29,882 nucleotides of DNA from Candidatus Micrarchaeia archaeon. Lineage in GTDB: Archaea > Micrarchaeota > Micrarchaeia > Anstonellales > J096. A program made the position numbers and the translations under genes. This document shows, piece after piece, positions 8,601-18,154 of this stretch. Below the pieces are notes generated by a model. That model did no database searches. It saw nothing but the letters and a program-made list of their open reading frames with translations, and had not been told where the DNA came from. Each line of letters opens with the position of its first letter. The stretch's first letter is position 1. The DNA lies in contig JBGQMY010000016.1 in NCBI GenBank assembly GCA_041500865.1, positions 1 through 29,882 on the forward strand, written 5' to 3'.

Positions 8601-11600
8601 AGCACATAGCACGTGTCATCGGTGCCTGCGGAGACTGCTATGGCATTCCCGCCCGCGTATGATGCTGTTGCGGCTCCAGAGCCGTAGCATTTGGAGTTGC
8701 CATCCGCCAGGAGGTAGCAGGCGTCATTGGAATTTATGGACACTGCTATTGCATTCTGCCCGGTGTTTGTATAGTTCCAGCTGTTGCCGTGGCTGCCATA
8801 GCACTTCCCGTTGCCGTCCGAGAGCACATAGCACGTGTCATCGGTGCCTGCGGATACAGCCACTGCATTGCCGCCTATGTAGCTGGTTGATTCGCTTGGG
8901 CTGTAGTAGTGGCTGCCATAGCATGTGGAGTTGCCGTTTGACAGCAGGTAGCAGGTGTGGGCCGGGGATTCCTCCTGGCTGACCGCAACCGCTATTGCGT
9001 TGCCGCCTTCATACGGGGTTCCCTCGTCGCCGGTCATGTAGGAGTAACCGCCGTCGGAGCAAACGGACGTCCCGTTGCCGAAAAGATAGCATATATAGTC
9101 ATTGCCTGCGCCGATGCCAACGACGCCGCCCCTTTTACCGACCACGGAAATTACGTTGGTTGACTGCGATGCAGGTATGTACCCGAGGTTGGCGGTGTCA
9201 TTAGGGAAATACAGGTTGTCCGGCGCTATCACCTGCACCGCAAGGTTCACGTATGACGGGTTTTCGCACATGCCGTACTGCCTTACGTCCGGGGTTGCGC
9301 CGTTCGAGGCCGTGCAGTTGCCGTATTTCTTGTCAGGGCCGGGATTGAGGAGCACCATGGTAAGGGCCTCTTTTGCGCACTTGCCGTTGGCGCCAGTTTC
9401 AAGGCAGAAGTCGCCCTGGGTGAGGTTCTCGCACACGCCCTTTGTCCCGCTTATCTGTATCTGGTATGTGCTATATGACGGGTCCGAATTGGCGTAAACC
9501 GTCCCGCTGTTCATGAAGGCATAGGTTTCAGGCCAGGTGCATGTTGCACTGGTCAGCCTGGATGAGGCTATGGTCGGCGTCTTGGAGTCTGCCATCCCTG
9601 TTCCCTCGGCTATCGTAAGCCCCGATATGCTCTGCACGAGCCTGCAGCCGTATATCCTGCCGGCATGGTCGCCGTTTGCCCCTTCAAATGCCTTCATTAT
9701 GTTTCCGCCGCTGTTCAGCACCGCGGGGTTGACGCAAACGTAGTGCTCGTCGTTTTCGTCCATTCCGCACGACTTCACAATCGGGAGGTTGCGGAACAGC
9801 GAGCTGTCATAATAATAGTTTTGCAAATCCTGTATCAGCCTGTCGCCGAGCTCAATATATTGGTATTGCACGCTGTAGTCGCGGTCATCGTCTTTGCAAC
9901 CCCTGCCGCCAAGGTCGAACATATAACCGAATAGCTGGCTGCTTGCGCCATCGCTTGCCGTTGCCCAGTTGCTGTCATAGTACCAGCTGACGCCAGGGGC
10001 GATATTCCTGTTTGTATATGCCGGCTTCGTGCAGCCGTCGTAAAAAAAGAACATCGGCCTGTCGCACGCGTTCGGTTTTTTGCCTCCGTCCGCCCAGTAT
10101 ATCATTGTCCACCAGTAGCATCCGACCCCAGGCGTCTCGCTGTAGGTATCAGTCTCCACGTTGAGGCTGCTGCATACTGATGCGTTGTCCACAAGCGTCG
10201 GGTAAAACCCGAAGTCCAGCGGTATCGCCATGTACTGCTTGTCGGAACTCATTACCGTCTTTGTGAGCGATTCCGACTTGGCGGAGTTGTTTTCCGAGAT
10301 TGGTATGGGATAGTTTGACCCGCGTCCGAAGCCGGCATGCATGCCGCTTGCCGAACAGTTGTCTGCCTCATAGTATGCAAGCTTAGTCTTTGAGAAATTC
10401 GCCCCGGTCTGGGAGCCCTGGTAGCACCCCAAGCCGTCGCATCCGCACTTTACGTCGGCATTTGCGTCTGCAGTGCCGATGCATCCCGTCCTGTAATGGG
10501 TGTCAAAGCCGCATATGCCGCTCTTGCAGTCCTGCTTGGAGCACTCAAACGGGAGGCCCGGCTTCTCCTTTCCGTCAACAAGCGAAAATGAATAGTTGTA
10601 CGTTGAGCTGTCGTACCTTGACATCATGTCGCTGTATCCGCCCTTCATGTCGGCAACCTGGTAATAGACGTTGGCCAGGCTGTTGAGCTGGGGGAGCGAC
10701 CTTGTGGCGTTGCTGAACGAAAGGTTGTCTGTCGTTATGGTGAATGAATCGCCGAAGGAGCCGAACTCGTCAAGCAGGTATCCGGAGACGTTTTTCCTCA
10801 CCACCGGCTGCCACGCCGCCGTGCTGCCTATATAATTGCCAATCTGGCTTAGGCTCGGCACCCTCCTTGAGCTGGGCGGATTGAGCGAGGACGCGTTCTG
10901 CACATAGAACGACTCAACAAAGGCGTCCTTGCCTGCAGGCCTGTTCCTCATTATCATGCTTAGCGCCTCAATGCCGCTGGGCCTGAGGCTTTCGCTGTTG
11001 CCCGCGCAGTTGAGCAGGCAGGACTCGAAAGTCGGGAAAACCTTGCCGTATGCATTGGCGCTGGATGCGTTGTTGCATTTATACCCGTAATCGGCCTTGT
11101 CCATCACGCAGTTCCTTATCGCGTCTTTCGGGTAATAGTAAAGCGCGAAGCTTTCCACCCCGCTTTGCGAGACCTCGCCTATCTCCTCTGTGCTGAATGG
11201 CAGCAGGACCTGCGCCTCGTCGAATTCGGCAAACGTATTTCCGACGCCGAAGCGGAATATGTCCATTGCCGCCTTTCCCTTCAGGTCGTTGGCCACCCTG
11301 TCGTCTATCATCTGGTAGGAGCCTTCGGAATACAGCAGGTTCTGCCTTGCTACGCTGAGGCTGTTGTCATTGGTATGGTTTGATATCTGCGTGGCATTGT
11401 CCCAGTAAATCAGCTTCAGCTGGTGTATGTCGCCGGGCGAAAGCCCGGGGTTCTCGTTGACGCTTATGGCCCTGAAGACGCCGGTCGTGCAGTTCTCCAT
11501 GCACACGCTTTTCGCGAAGGTCGGGCAGAGGTTTATCGTCTTGTTCTCCATAAGCTCGGTCTTTGTCGGGTTGGTGGCGTTTGCCTTGTCCAGGTTTATG

Positions 11601-11905
11601 TTGGTGCATGTGCCGCCGTCTATGCTGCACGCCTCCTTGGAGTTCTCCGGGCTTGCCCTTGTGTAGTTGGTTCCCGGGTCCAGCTGCACCAGGTTGGTGC
11701 ATTTGCCCCCTTCTGCCGCAATCGCGCCGCAGCACGGCAGTTTGCCGATTCCAAAGCCCATGTCAGAGCTTGCGCAGCTGCTGACCTCCTTTGTCACGTT
11801 TTCCAGGGGGGAATTGGAGCCTTCTGTGCCATAAATGGAGGTGCATCCGGAAAACAGCATGAGCGAAACCGCAATCGCAAAAAGAACTATCCTTGTGTTT
11901 GTCAT
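5690..11905 (-). CDS. Giant Cys-rich exported putative lipoprotein (2071 aa) with an inserted 7-blade RCC1-like propeller and possible interrupted TIM-barrel
   Basis: Signal peptide with lipobox-like LFSG-C (Cys21); many Cys and N-x-S/T sequons; seven A(I/V)AVS....CY(L/V)LSxGNxxCYG repeats at ~8330-9125. Starts 1 bp after the stop of the upstream gene. Confidence 0.9.
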   Translation of the reverse strand: MTNTRIVLFAIAVSLMLFSGCTSIYGTEGSNSPLENVTKEVSSCASSDMGFGIGKLPCCGAIAAEGGKCTNLVQLDPGTNYTRASPENSKEACSIDGGTCTNINLDKANATNPTKTELMENKTINLCPTFAKSVCMENCTTGVFRAISVNENPGLSPGDIHQLKLIYWDNATQISNHTNDNSLSVARQNLLYSEGSYQMIDDRVANDLKGKAAMDIFRFGVGNTFAEFDEAQVLLPFSTEEIGEVSQSGVESFALYYYPKDAIRNCVMDKADYGYKCNNASSANAYGKVFPTFESCLLNCAGNSESLRPSGIEALSMIMRNRPAGKDAFVESFYVQNASSLNPPSSRRVPSLSQIGNYIGSTAAWQPVVRKNVSGYLLDEFGSFGDSFTITTDNLSFSNATRSLPQLNSLANVYYQVADMKGGYSDMMSRYDSSTYNYSFSLVDGKEKPGLPFECSKQDCKSGICGFDTHYRTGCIGTADANADVKCGCDGLGCYQGSQTGANFSKTKLAYYEADNCSASGMHAGFGRGSNYPIPISENNSAKSESLTKTVMSSDKQYMAIPLDFGFYPTLVDNASVCSSLNVETDTYSETPGVGCYWWTMIYWADGGKKPNACDRPMFFFYDGCTKPAYTNRNIAPGVSWYYDSNWATASDGASSQLFGYMFDLGGRGCKDDDRDYSVQYQYIELGDRLIQDLQNYYYDSSLFRNLPIVKSCGMDENDEHYVCVNPAVLNSGGNIMKAFEGANGDHAGRIYGCRLVQSISGLTIAEGTGMADSKTPTIASSRLTSATCTWPETYAFMNSGTVYANSDPSYSTYQIQISGTKGVCENLTQGDFCLETGANGKCAKEALTMVLLNPGPDKKYGNCTASNGATPDVRQYGMCENPSYVNLAVQVIAPDNLYFPNDTANLGYIPASQSTNVISVVGKRGGVVGIGAGNDYICYLFGNGTSVCSDGGYSYMTGDEGTPYEGGNAIAVAVSQEESPAHTCYLLSNGNSTCYGSHYYSPSESTSYIGGNAVAVSAGTDDTCYVLSDGNGKCYGSHGNSWNYTNTGQNAIAVSINSNDACYLLADGNSKCYGSGAATASYAGGNAIAVSAGTDDTCYVLSDGNGKCYGSHGNSWNYTNTGNAAIAVSVSENKVCYLLSNGNSQCYGYTGYEDYGGPSGYAGGDAVAVYTSYYYTCYLLSNSSVKCYGTYDYYYNPVPQPGPTTVLAAYATDPKGSRVPFSILPNVNGDPKSASANFWPPLDYLRNKTRSYLQSGISVMLFAEHPDLYNYCGSDSAGAYCKNDSSPPFVSKLLNDIYNKSNAQTFVPVGSAIVVTGRATPVKQECTEIKFSTAEPGLDYCHYYKDEGRYNSTYYATTEDLAKRNKQVKDMCPGCRTAIEIAGNLRDTGSGFVVETQGNDEGDMLQMTFKRNVVQVNLTDIYSKYGLLPAQRPGPSPGTICQSGAAFGPGNIAALTANCGAGYRALETSTKRYGEGLKSTVSKTYYTTAGGPYTLPSPNNTIITVSGTGSYTTAREQQEACSTIKDSAAGKDYCSISSVNALEYFDFVPDLTVFYTVQLSRPYNGWHGILNDQGCDTTHHVAGWGDVTCPAELKAAGVTVHDVTCDCYTSGSSTSYTDWTSVSLAGMNLQLPHNEMSCSAPTCAADPVATIGETCTAKPNCVNVPSFRTAGTCSWAPMPETGCNSCVPSGGSTRVERWGAMQVNCDATLYPADFIAYYKPAYQSDAALAQLEAEIRADNTANNAGINAGVCTRDSDIRTFYVDGAEACNGLFNSTDMLVLNLEIDPTPTTAGYGAANYEAWYTAMADAIVNYSSGETYTYGKPIVLYIRDLKNAPGFDPTKFMEVLGLNMERMTNAGIVAIQFEDWKKATIDDVNAYTTDQTDYGNLLYPFNASGAPTSTFSALSELGKAISKKINFPVPKPTPVYDESTCLNSTLPCIADSACITLDDIKTKRSDGTYMNITCYNGTGAIKITYALSNPSVEDIAQVFADPDKYRNLISSVNRYSNWKICNSSVENSTYFMSYMSNPGYGIPVAWDQLQAQNCTASGLTNAEMLSFVSGGATDYVCRLG
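8538..8854. repeat. 95-bp perfect direct repeat (8538-8632 and 8760-8854), blades 5 and 3 of the propeller
   Basis: Identical DNA, offset 222 bp, encoding SAGTDDTCYVLSDGNGKCYGSHGNSWNYTNTG. Confidence 0.95.
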
Positions 11906-11906
11906 T

Positions 11907-12890
11907 TCACATCAGCCTCATGAGCCTGCTCTCGAACTCGTTCGTAAGCATGCCTGAGCCCATTATCAGCGTTCCGTGGTACAGGAACATGAGCGTTGCG
12001 GCGAGCGCTATGCTGTGCGACAGGAACAGGCCAAGGTACACGGAGTTCACGAAATTCGCTATGCTTGATGAATAGTCAATGCTCTGCGGGCCCATCATGG
12101 CGCTCATGCTCGCTATGTCGCTTCCGGATATGACGATGGGGTTGGACAGCGTTATGACGTTGTATCCGCATCCGTTGAGCTGTATCTTCTGGGTTGATAT
12201 GTCCGGGGCGCTGAAATCGTTGAACAGCGCATAGAACACTATGGGGTAAACGTAGTATGCGGCAACGGCAAGCACTATCAGGAATCCGCCGAAGCCCTTG
12301 CTCCACTTGAAGGCCCTGAAGAAAAAGCCGGCTGCAAGCGCCAGCGGCGCTATGTTCTGCATCATGCCGATTACGCCTATGCTCGCGTCTGTCCAGAACT
12401 TCAGCTGTATGGACGTGCGCGCGACATATTCCCATTTGGACATGTCCATGAAGAAGGCCTTGTCTATGCCGCCGAACCACCTTAGGAGGGGCATGCCTAT
12501 GAACGTAATGGACGACTTGTCTATAAGCTCCGTGGTCTTCTTGTCCAGGTTGTCCAGCGCAGTCCTCTCCGCGCCGTCAAGCTGCGTGTATGCGTCGTTC
12601 AGGTTGCCTATCGCGTAATCCTGTATCTGGCCGTAGCTGCCTATGCTGAACCCAGACGTTATGAAGTTGACGCCGGCGCTCTCTATGACGCCTATGAACA
12701 TGACCATGAAGAATATGACAGCAAGGTCCAGCAGCTCCGCAGTGGCCTCGGTCTTTATCTTCTCTTCCTGCAGGAAGCGGCCTATCATGAACTTTATTAC
12801 GCATATGAATATGCCGGCCATTATGCCCCATATGATTATGCACAGCCAATGTATCCCCAGCAGGCCGAAAAGCCCTTCCGAAAGCCCCAT
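11907..12890 (-). CDS. CedA/VirB6-like multi-pass membrane protein, paralog 6 of 6
   Basis: 327 aa; KFMIGRFLQEEKIKTEATAELLDL and GFFFRAFKWSKGFGGFLIVLAVAAYYVYP motifs shared with its neighbours. Family label is inference. Confidence 0.75.
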   Translation of the reverse strand: MGLSEGLFGLLGIHWLCIIIWGIMAGIFICVIKFMIGRFLQEEKIKTEATAELLDLAVIFFMVMFIGVIESAGVNFITSGFSIGSYGQIQDYAIGNLNDAYTQLDGAERTALDNLDKKTTELIDKSSITFIGMPLLRWFGGIDKAFFMDMSKWEYVARTSIQLKFWTDASIGVIGMMQNIAPLALAAGFFFRAFKWSKGFGGFLIVLAVAAYYVYPIVFYALFNDFSAPDISTQKIQLNGCGYNVITLSNPIVISGSDIASMSAMMGPQSIDYSSSIANFVNSVYLGLFLSHSIALAATLMFLYHGTLIMGSGMLTNEFESRLMRLM

Positions 12891-14030
12891 TCATATCACC
12901 TTGATGAACATCTCCATAAGGGATTCCTCCTCGTCCATGAGGGTCGAGATTGCCTTGCTTCCGGCCGCTATCGATATTGAGTTTATTGAAAGTATGAACG
13001 CCGAGATGAAGAATGAGTTGTACATGTCCTCCAAAAGCCCGTATACGTCAACCAGCACCGATGGGTTTCCATGGGGGCAAAGGACTCCGGCGCACACCAC
13101 CCTTAGGCCCTTCCCGCCAGTGTCCATCTTCCAGTCTATCAGCGGAACAGATCCGCCGAGCAGGCCATTGAGGAGCGATTGGGATATTATCTCCCCGAAG
13201 TTGTTGCTGAACGTCATGCTTTTCGCGTCGTCCTTGAAATCAGTGGAGTCATACACGGTGTCGGGAAGGGGGACCTTGAACACCATGCCTTCCACGGTCA
13301 GCATCAGCGGGAATATCAGCATGAACGATATCAGCACGGCTATCACGCTGTTCGCGAAGTACTTGAATACGGGCAGCGGCCTCAATATGACCGCGAACGC
13401 CAGCAGAGAGAACATTATGGGGCTCAGCACCATCTCAACCAGGAACATCTGCGCCGTGTCAGCTGTAAGCGCGGACATCACCGCCAGGCTCATCACGGAG
13501 CCGAGCATGCCTTTCGCCTTGACTATGGAGGGATATATCGGCTGCTGCGCAAGGGTGGACGTGTAGTATCCGAACCCCTGCGTGAGGGTCGGCTCGGTAT
13601 TTGTCGCGCTTATCAGGTTCTCCATGTTGCCGTTCGCCCATATGGAGAGCTTTGCGACGTTGATTGTGTAGTCCGTCGCTGCCGCAAGGTACGACATCGC
13701 GTTTCCGTATACGCATGCGCCTCCGTTGAAATACGGCGTCTCGGAGCTGCTGGCGCTGACATTGGCCATGGAAGGCACCCAAAGGGTTCCGACCGTGTTG
13801 GAGCCGAATGCGGAATACAGGGCAAGGATGGCGCCGGCTATCAGGAACGTGACCACTATGTCGTACATCATGTTGCCGCTCCAGAGCTCCATCCTCCTGT
13901 TGCCTGTAATCTGGCCCGCCATCCTCACTATGACGGAAAGCATGAGCACCGCGACGCAGGACACTGCGAGCGTTGTCAGGCTGAGCGCATTGGACGCAAG
14001 GCCGCACATCCCGAAATCAACGTACGACAT
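12891..14030 (-). CDS. CedA/VirB6-like multi-pass membrane protein, paralog 5 of 6
   Basis: 379 aa; RMAGQITGNRRMELWSGNMMYDI and AVILRPLPVFKYFANSVIAVLISFMLIFP. Confidence 0.75.
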   Translation of the reverse strand: MSYVDFGMCGLASNALSLTTLAVSCVAVLMLSVIVRMAGQITGNRRMELWSGNMMYDIVVTFLIAGAILALYSAFGSNTVGTLWVPSMANVSASSSETPYFNGGACVYGNAMSYLAAATDYTINVAKLSIWANGNMENLISATNTEPTLTQGFGYYTSTLAQQPIYPSIVKAKGMLGSVMSLAVMSALTADTAQMFLVEMVLSPIMFSLLAFAVILRPLPVFKYFANSVIAVLISFMLIFPLMLTVEGMVFKVPLPDTVYDSTDFKDDAKSMTFSNNFGEIISQSLLNGLLGGSVPLIDWKMDTGGKGLRVVCAGVLCPHGNPSVLVDVYGLLEDMYNSFFISAFILSINSISIAAGSKAISTLMDEEESLMEMFIKVI

Positions 14031-14031
14031 T

Positions 14032-15183
14032 TCAGACCGCCCCTATCCTTGTTATCTGCCCTATCACGAACGGGCTTATGTCGGTTCCCATGACCTTTGC
14101 TATGCCCCCTGTCAGGGAGACCACCATGAGCAGGCAGAAGCCCTGCGAAAGCAGCATTGCGAACATGAGCGAGCCGGCGGTTGGCACGTTGCTGCCTGCC
14201 GTCAGCGTGACGCCGGCATCAAGTTGGCTCGCATACGCGTCCATGTCGCCCTGCAGGTCCGGCTTGGGGTTCTCGTTGCAGTACGTGGTGATGGTCCTTT
14301 CCAATGGATTGCTGTACGGTGAGAAGTGCGCGACACTGTTTATGTTTGCGTTGATGGAATCGACGCCAGTCGTGGTCAGTATGTTAAGCCCCATCGCGCT
14401 GAAATACTCTATCGTATATCCCTCCATGAGTATCAGGAAAATGGGGTATACGAAAAGGGCTATGCTGAAGCCTATGAAGAACGCGCCTATGCCCCTTACC
14501 ATGTTGAATGACCTCAGTATTATCCCTATCATGAAGAACGGTATATAGAGGTCATGGGCATATTTGACAAGCATCTTTTGCGCGAACATGATGGTTATGC
14601 TCCTTGACACGAACGACGCAATCTCGTTGACCAATGACGCAATCATCGCCACCGGCTTGCACAGATACGTTACAAGCGTGCCCGACCCGCCGCTTGTGCC
14701 CGCATCCCCCTTGTCCGACTTTCCGGAGTCGGCTGACGTGGAGTAGGCCGAGCTGCCCAGCGGGCTTGAGCCCTCTATGCCCCTGCTTATGAATGCCATG
14801 CTTGCTGTTGCCGCGTTTCCTGCAAGCGTGGACTCGTTTATGAACATCGTCGTGTATCCGCTTACTATGCTGTCCTGCAGGCTGATGGACTTATTGAAGA
14901 AGAAATCGTCGGACGCAGGCTTGTCGCTCCCCACGTAGGTCGCGCTGTTGGGCACGAAGCTCTGCACCACGTAAAACCCTAGCGTCTGCGCCATGTTGAA
15001 CGCTATGAACGCGAGAAGCATCACCATGAACCCGCCTATTAAAACTTCTTGCATCTCGGCCTTCGCGACAGCGAGCAGCTTCTCGTTCGCCAGCGCCTGC
15101 CCTATCATGTACACGATGGCGTAGAACACGCCCATCACGGTCACGACGACTGCGAATCCGGTATAGTCGGACGGTGCAAGCAT
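14032..15183 (-). CDS. CedA/VirB6-like multi-pass membrane protein, paralog 4 of 6
   Basis: 383 aa; YMIGQALANEKLLAVAKAEMQEV and GIILRSFNMVRGIGAFFIGFSIALFVYP. Confidence 0.75.
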   Translation of the reverse strand: MLAPSDYTGFAVVVTVMGVFYAIVYMIGQALANEKLLAVAKAEMQEVLIGGFMVMLLAFIAFNMAQTLGFYVVQSFVPNSATYVGSDKPASDDFFFNKSISLQDSIVSGYTTMFINESTLAGNAATASMAFISRGIEGSSPLGSSAYSTSADSGKSDKGDAGTSGGSGTLVTYLCKPVAMIASLVNEIASFVSRSITIMFAQKMLVKYAHDLYIPFFMIGIILRSFNMVRGIGAFFIGFSIALFVYPIFLILMEGYTIEYFSAMGLNILTTTGVDSINANINSVAHFSPYSNPLERTITTYCNENPKPDLQGDMDAYASQLDAGVTLTAGSNVPTAGSLMFAMLLSQGFCLLMVVSLTGGIAKVMGTDISPFVIGQITRIGAV

Positions 15184-17075
15184 CAGCGCCTCAGCCTCTC
15201 AATCCCGGGTATGAACATCTCGCCCTCCAGCCCCATAGATATGGCGACTGCGGCGGCAATGGTTATCGCTATCGAGAAAATGCCCAGCATTATGGAATAT
15301 GCCATGAACTTGCCTTCGCTCGTCTTTGCGCCTGCCTTGCTGGTTTCCCCGCTGAAGCAGCCGCTGCAATCCGTATATGCAGGAACGCTCTTTATATCCT
15401 GCGGAATCTTCATGATTTTCAGGCAGTCGGGATTGTCCACCTGGTATATGGGCAGCGAGACCTTCTTTGCCTCTGTTGTTATGGCTGCCGTGCTGATTGG
15501 GTTGGAGGCGAGCGCAGTCTTTATGTTGTTGTATGCGGCGCTTGCCGCTGTTTTGGCGTCAGCCAGCGTTGTCGTTCCCGTGGCTTCCTCATATACCGCT
15601 GTGCAATTGTAATAGTTGGGGTCGGTTGCCGCGCACCCCGTGCGCCCGTCCGCATAGAAGAGCCTGCACGAGCTTGGGCAGTAGTACATCGGGTTGGCCT
15701 TTGGGGTTATCGCCAGCGGCGTCACGCGGAAGCAGCTGCTCTTTGACAGCGCAAGGCTGAGGCTCATCGGCTTGCCGTCATAGACAACCGGGTAGTTGAG
15801 GTTGGCATAATCAAAGTTGTCCCTGAAGCATGCGCCCTTGGGCGTTGATGCAGCGTAAAGCGCGGCGCACGGCAGTTCCGCGTCCCTGCATTCCACGACG
15901 TCATAAGGATAGGGGATGCTCCTGCAGCTGCTCGGGCAGTCTGTTGTTATGTTTTGTGCAACGACGGCCGCACTGATGCTTATGGGGGCGGCCGCGTATG
16001 CGCTCGCCGTGCTGGTGTTTATGGCGACGTTTTGGTATTCGCATGAGTGGACTATGCCCACCCCTTTCACGTCAAGCGTATTGTTGTCCCCAGTCACTAT
16101 CCCCCTCACGTCCGACCAGTTCAGCTTCGTGTCTGCCTGCGCCGCGTCCAAATAGTCGGTCAGGTCTATGCCCCCGGAGGAGTTCCATGCGATGACTGTC
16201 TTCATGCACGCGTCTGGGCACCCAGCCGGCTTCATGTACTGGACGCCGGGGATGCTTACCGCGCCGTTTGCCACCAATATCGCGATTATCGTCAATGGAA
16301 GCACGATAGAGCAGCTTATGCCTATCGCAAGCATGGTTGAGCCGAGCCTCCTTGTCACGGAAAACGACTTGAGCATTATGCCGAACACTATCAGCATGGG
16401 CCCTATGTAATACGCGAAATAGAGCAGGAAAACCTTGACTATGATGAGGGACATGGCAGCTCCCCTGTACAGCCCTATCTCCTCGTCGAACTCAATGGTC
16501 TTCACCTTGTTCAGGCCCTGCATGTCGTACGTGTAGCCCACGCTTAGGCCGAAATAGCCTATGCTGCCGCCGATGTTGGAGCTGCCGTCAAAGCCCGACA
16601 CCTTGCTCAGCGCGCTCTTCTCCAGCGCGGACATCTCGTCCTTTGCGCCGGAAAGCAGGCCGTCCATGTATTTCACGGACGTGTTGACTATGCAGTTTTC
16701 CGGGTGGTCGCACAGCAGCGGGGCAGCCAGCATGTTGTCCAGGAACAGGGAGAACGCGCCGAACAGCAGTATCAGTATTATGTTGAAGAACGCCTCCCTG
16801 GTCTCCAGCTTGAAGGCGCTTTCAAGGTACGTTATCTGGAACGTCCTCGCGACCATGTATATGAGCCCGTTTATCAGTATGGATATCACGACCAGGACGA
16901 GCGAGACCTTCACCCAGTTGTAATCCAATCCGTTGCCCTGGAAAAGGTTCGCCACCTTTGCCGCGAACGTGGTGCTGCTGCTCAGGCTCGTGACGCCCTG
17001 GCTTATGTTGAGCGTGTCTGCGCAAACCAGCGCAGCCATCAGCGCAAGCGCAACCCAGACTACCATCATCCTCAT
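15183..17075 (-). CDS. CedA/VirB6-like multi-pass membrane protein with a large Cys-rich external insertion, paralog 3 of 6
   Basis: 630 aa; signal-like N-terminus; YMVARTFQITYLESAFKLETREA and GIMLKSFSVTRRLGSTMLAIGISCSIVLP; ~300-aa loop with CPDAC and two CPSSCR motifs. Confidence 0.75.
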   Translation of the reverse strand: MRMMVVWVALALMAALVCADTLNISQGVTSLSSSTTFAAKVANLFQGNGLDYNWVKVSLVLVVISILINGLIYMVARTFQITYLESAFKLETREAFFNIILILLFGAFSLFLDNMLAAPLLCDHPENCIVNTSVKYMDGLLSGAKDEMSALEKSALSKVSGFDGSSNIGGSIGYFGLSVGYTYDMQGLNKVKTIEFDEEIGLYRGAAMSLIIVKVFLLYFAYYIGPMLIVFGIMLKSFSVTRRLGSTMLAIGISCSIVLPLTIIAILVANGAVSIPGVQYMKPAGCPDACMKTVIAWNSSGGIDLTDYLDAAQADTKLNWSDVRGIVTGDNNTLDVKGVGIVHSCEYQNVAINTSTASAYAAAPISISAAVVAQNITTDCPSSCRSIPYPYDVVECRDAELPCAALYAASTPKGACFRDNFDYANLNYPVVYDGKPMSLSLALSKSSCFRVTPLAITPKANPMYYCPSSCRLFYADGRTGCAATDPNYYNCTAVYEEATGTTTLADAKTAASAAYNNIKTALASNPISTAAITTEAKKVSLPIYQVDNPDCLKIMKIPQDIKSVPAYTDCSGCFSGETSKAGAKTSEGKFMAYSIMLGIFSIAITIAAAVAISMGLEGEMFIPGIERLRR

Positions 17076-18154
17076 TCTACCATCTCAAAGACCTTCCTGA
17101 AGTTGTTCAGTATGGAGAGGCTCAGGCCGAGTATCACGGAAGAGACGAAGCTGCCCAGCACGGCGTACTTGCCCAGCTTCATTATCCCGGTCATTCCGCT
17201 GCAGCCGCCGAACGGCTGGAAGTCGGCGCCAGCCCCCAGGCCCGTGCATATCTTGCTTACGTCAACGCTCTGCGCCGATGCCAGGAAAACGGCATAAAGG
17301 AACGGGTAAATTATGTATGCGACGAGCGACACCAGTATCAGCAGGTCGCCTGCCTTCCTCGTCCATGGCGACATCCTTAGTATTATGCCGCCGAAGAAAA
17401 GGTATATGATGGCGTTGTCTATGAAAAACTTCCCGAGCAGTATCATGAACACCATGAGGTTGAACAGGGGGGCCATCAGCGAAGAGACCTCCATCTCCAG
17501 AACGTCCGCGAAAACGCCCTTGTACGCCTCCTGCCTTATGTTCAGCGTCTGGAACGAGAAGGCGCACTGTATCATCGAGTCAAGGAACGCTCCGGGACCG
17601 AACACCGCGAGGGGGATGTATCCCCAGCTAAAGGCCCCGCAGTACAATAAGGCAGGCAGTGTGGTGTACAGCGTCGGGAGCGTCGTGGGGACCGCAGCAT
17701 CCGCCCTGTCCTCCACTATCGTGCCGTACGCAGCCGACATCGTGTTTTCCGCGTCAAGCCTGAAGTCGTCGAATACCTTGCTGTTGTAGTCTGTTATGCT
17801 GGTCACGGACTGGCCGGTTGCTTTATTGAACTGTGCCAGGAACAGCTGGTTGACCGTTATGAAGAACACGTAAGTAAGCATGATGACAGCAACCGACACC
17901 AGCATCTGCCCGAACTCGTTCCTGGCGTTCATCAGCTCCTTGTCGTTTTGGGTGAAGTATCCGTACATGCTGTAGATGGCCAGTATCATTATGTTGAGCG
18001 CAAACAGTATGTATATGATGTTGCTGGCCGGGTCCTCGCCCTCTATTATGCTGCTTATGGCGTCTATCTTCGTTTCGTTCAGCGCCTGGGCTGACGAGAC
18101 CGCCGACAGCGCGAGCAGCAAGAGCGCGAACCTAGATATATTCCGTGAGTCCAT
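17072..18154 (-). CDS. CedA/VirB6-like multi-pass membrane protein, paralog 2 of 6
   Basis: 360 aa; signal-like N-terminus; SMYGYFTQNDKELMNARNEFGQM and GIILRMSPWTRKAGDLLILVSLVAYIIYP. Confidence 0.75.
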   Translation of the reverse strand: MDSRNISRFALLLLALSAVSSAQALNETKIDAISSIIEGEDPASNIIYILFALNIMILAIYSMYGYFTQNDKELMNARNEFGQMLVSVAVIMLTYVFFITVNQLFLAQFNKATGQSVTSITDYNSKVFDDFRLDAENTMSAAYGTIVEDRADAAVPTTLPTLYTTLPALLYCGAFSWGYIPLAVFGPGAFLDSMIQCAFSFQTLNIRQEAYKGVFADVLEMEVSSLMAPLFNLMVFMILLGKFFIDNAIIYLFFGGIILRMSPWTRKAGDLLILVSLVAYIIYPFLYAVFLASAQSVDVSKICTGLGAGADFQPFGGCSGMTGIMKLGKYAVLGSFVSSVILGLSLSILNNFRKVFEMVE

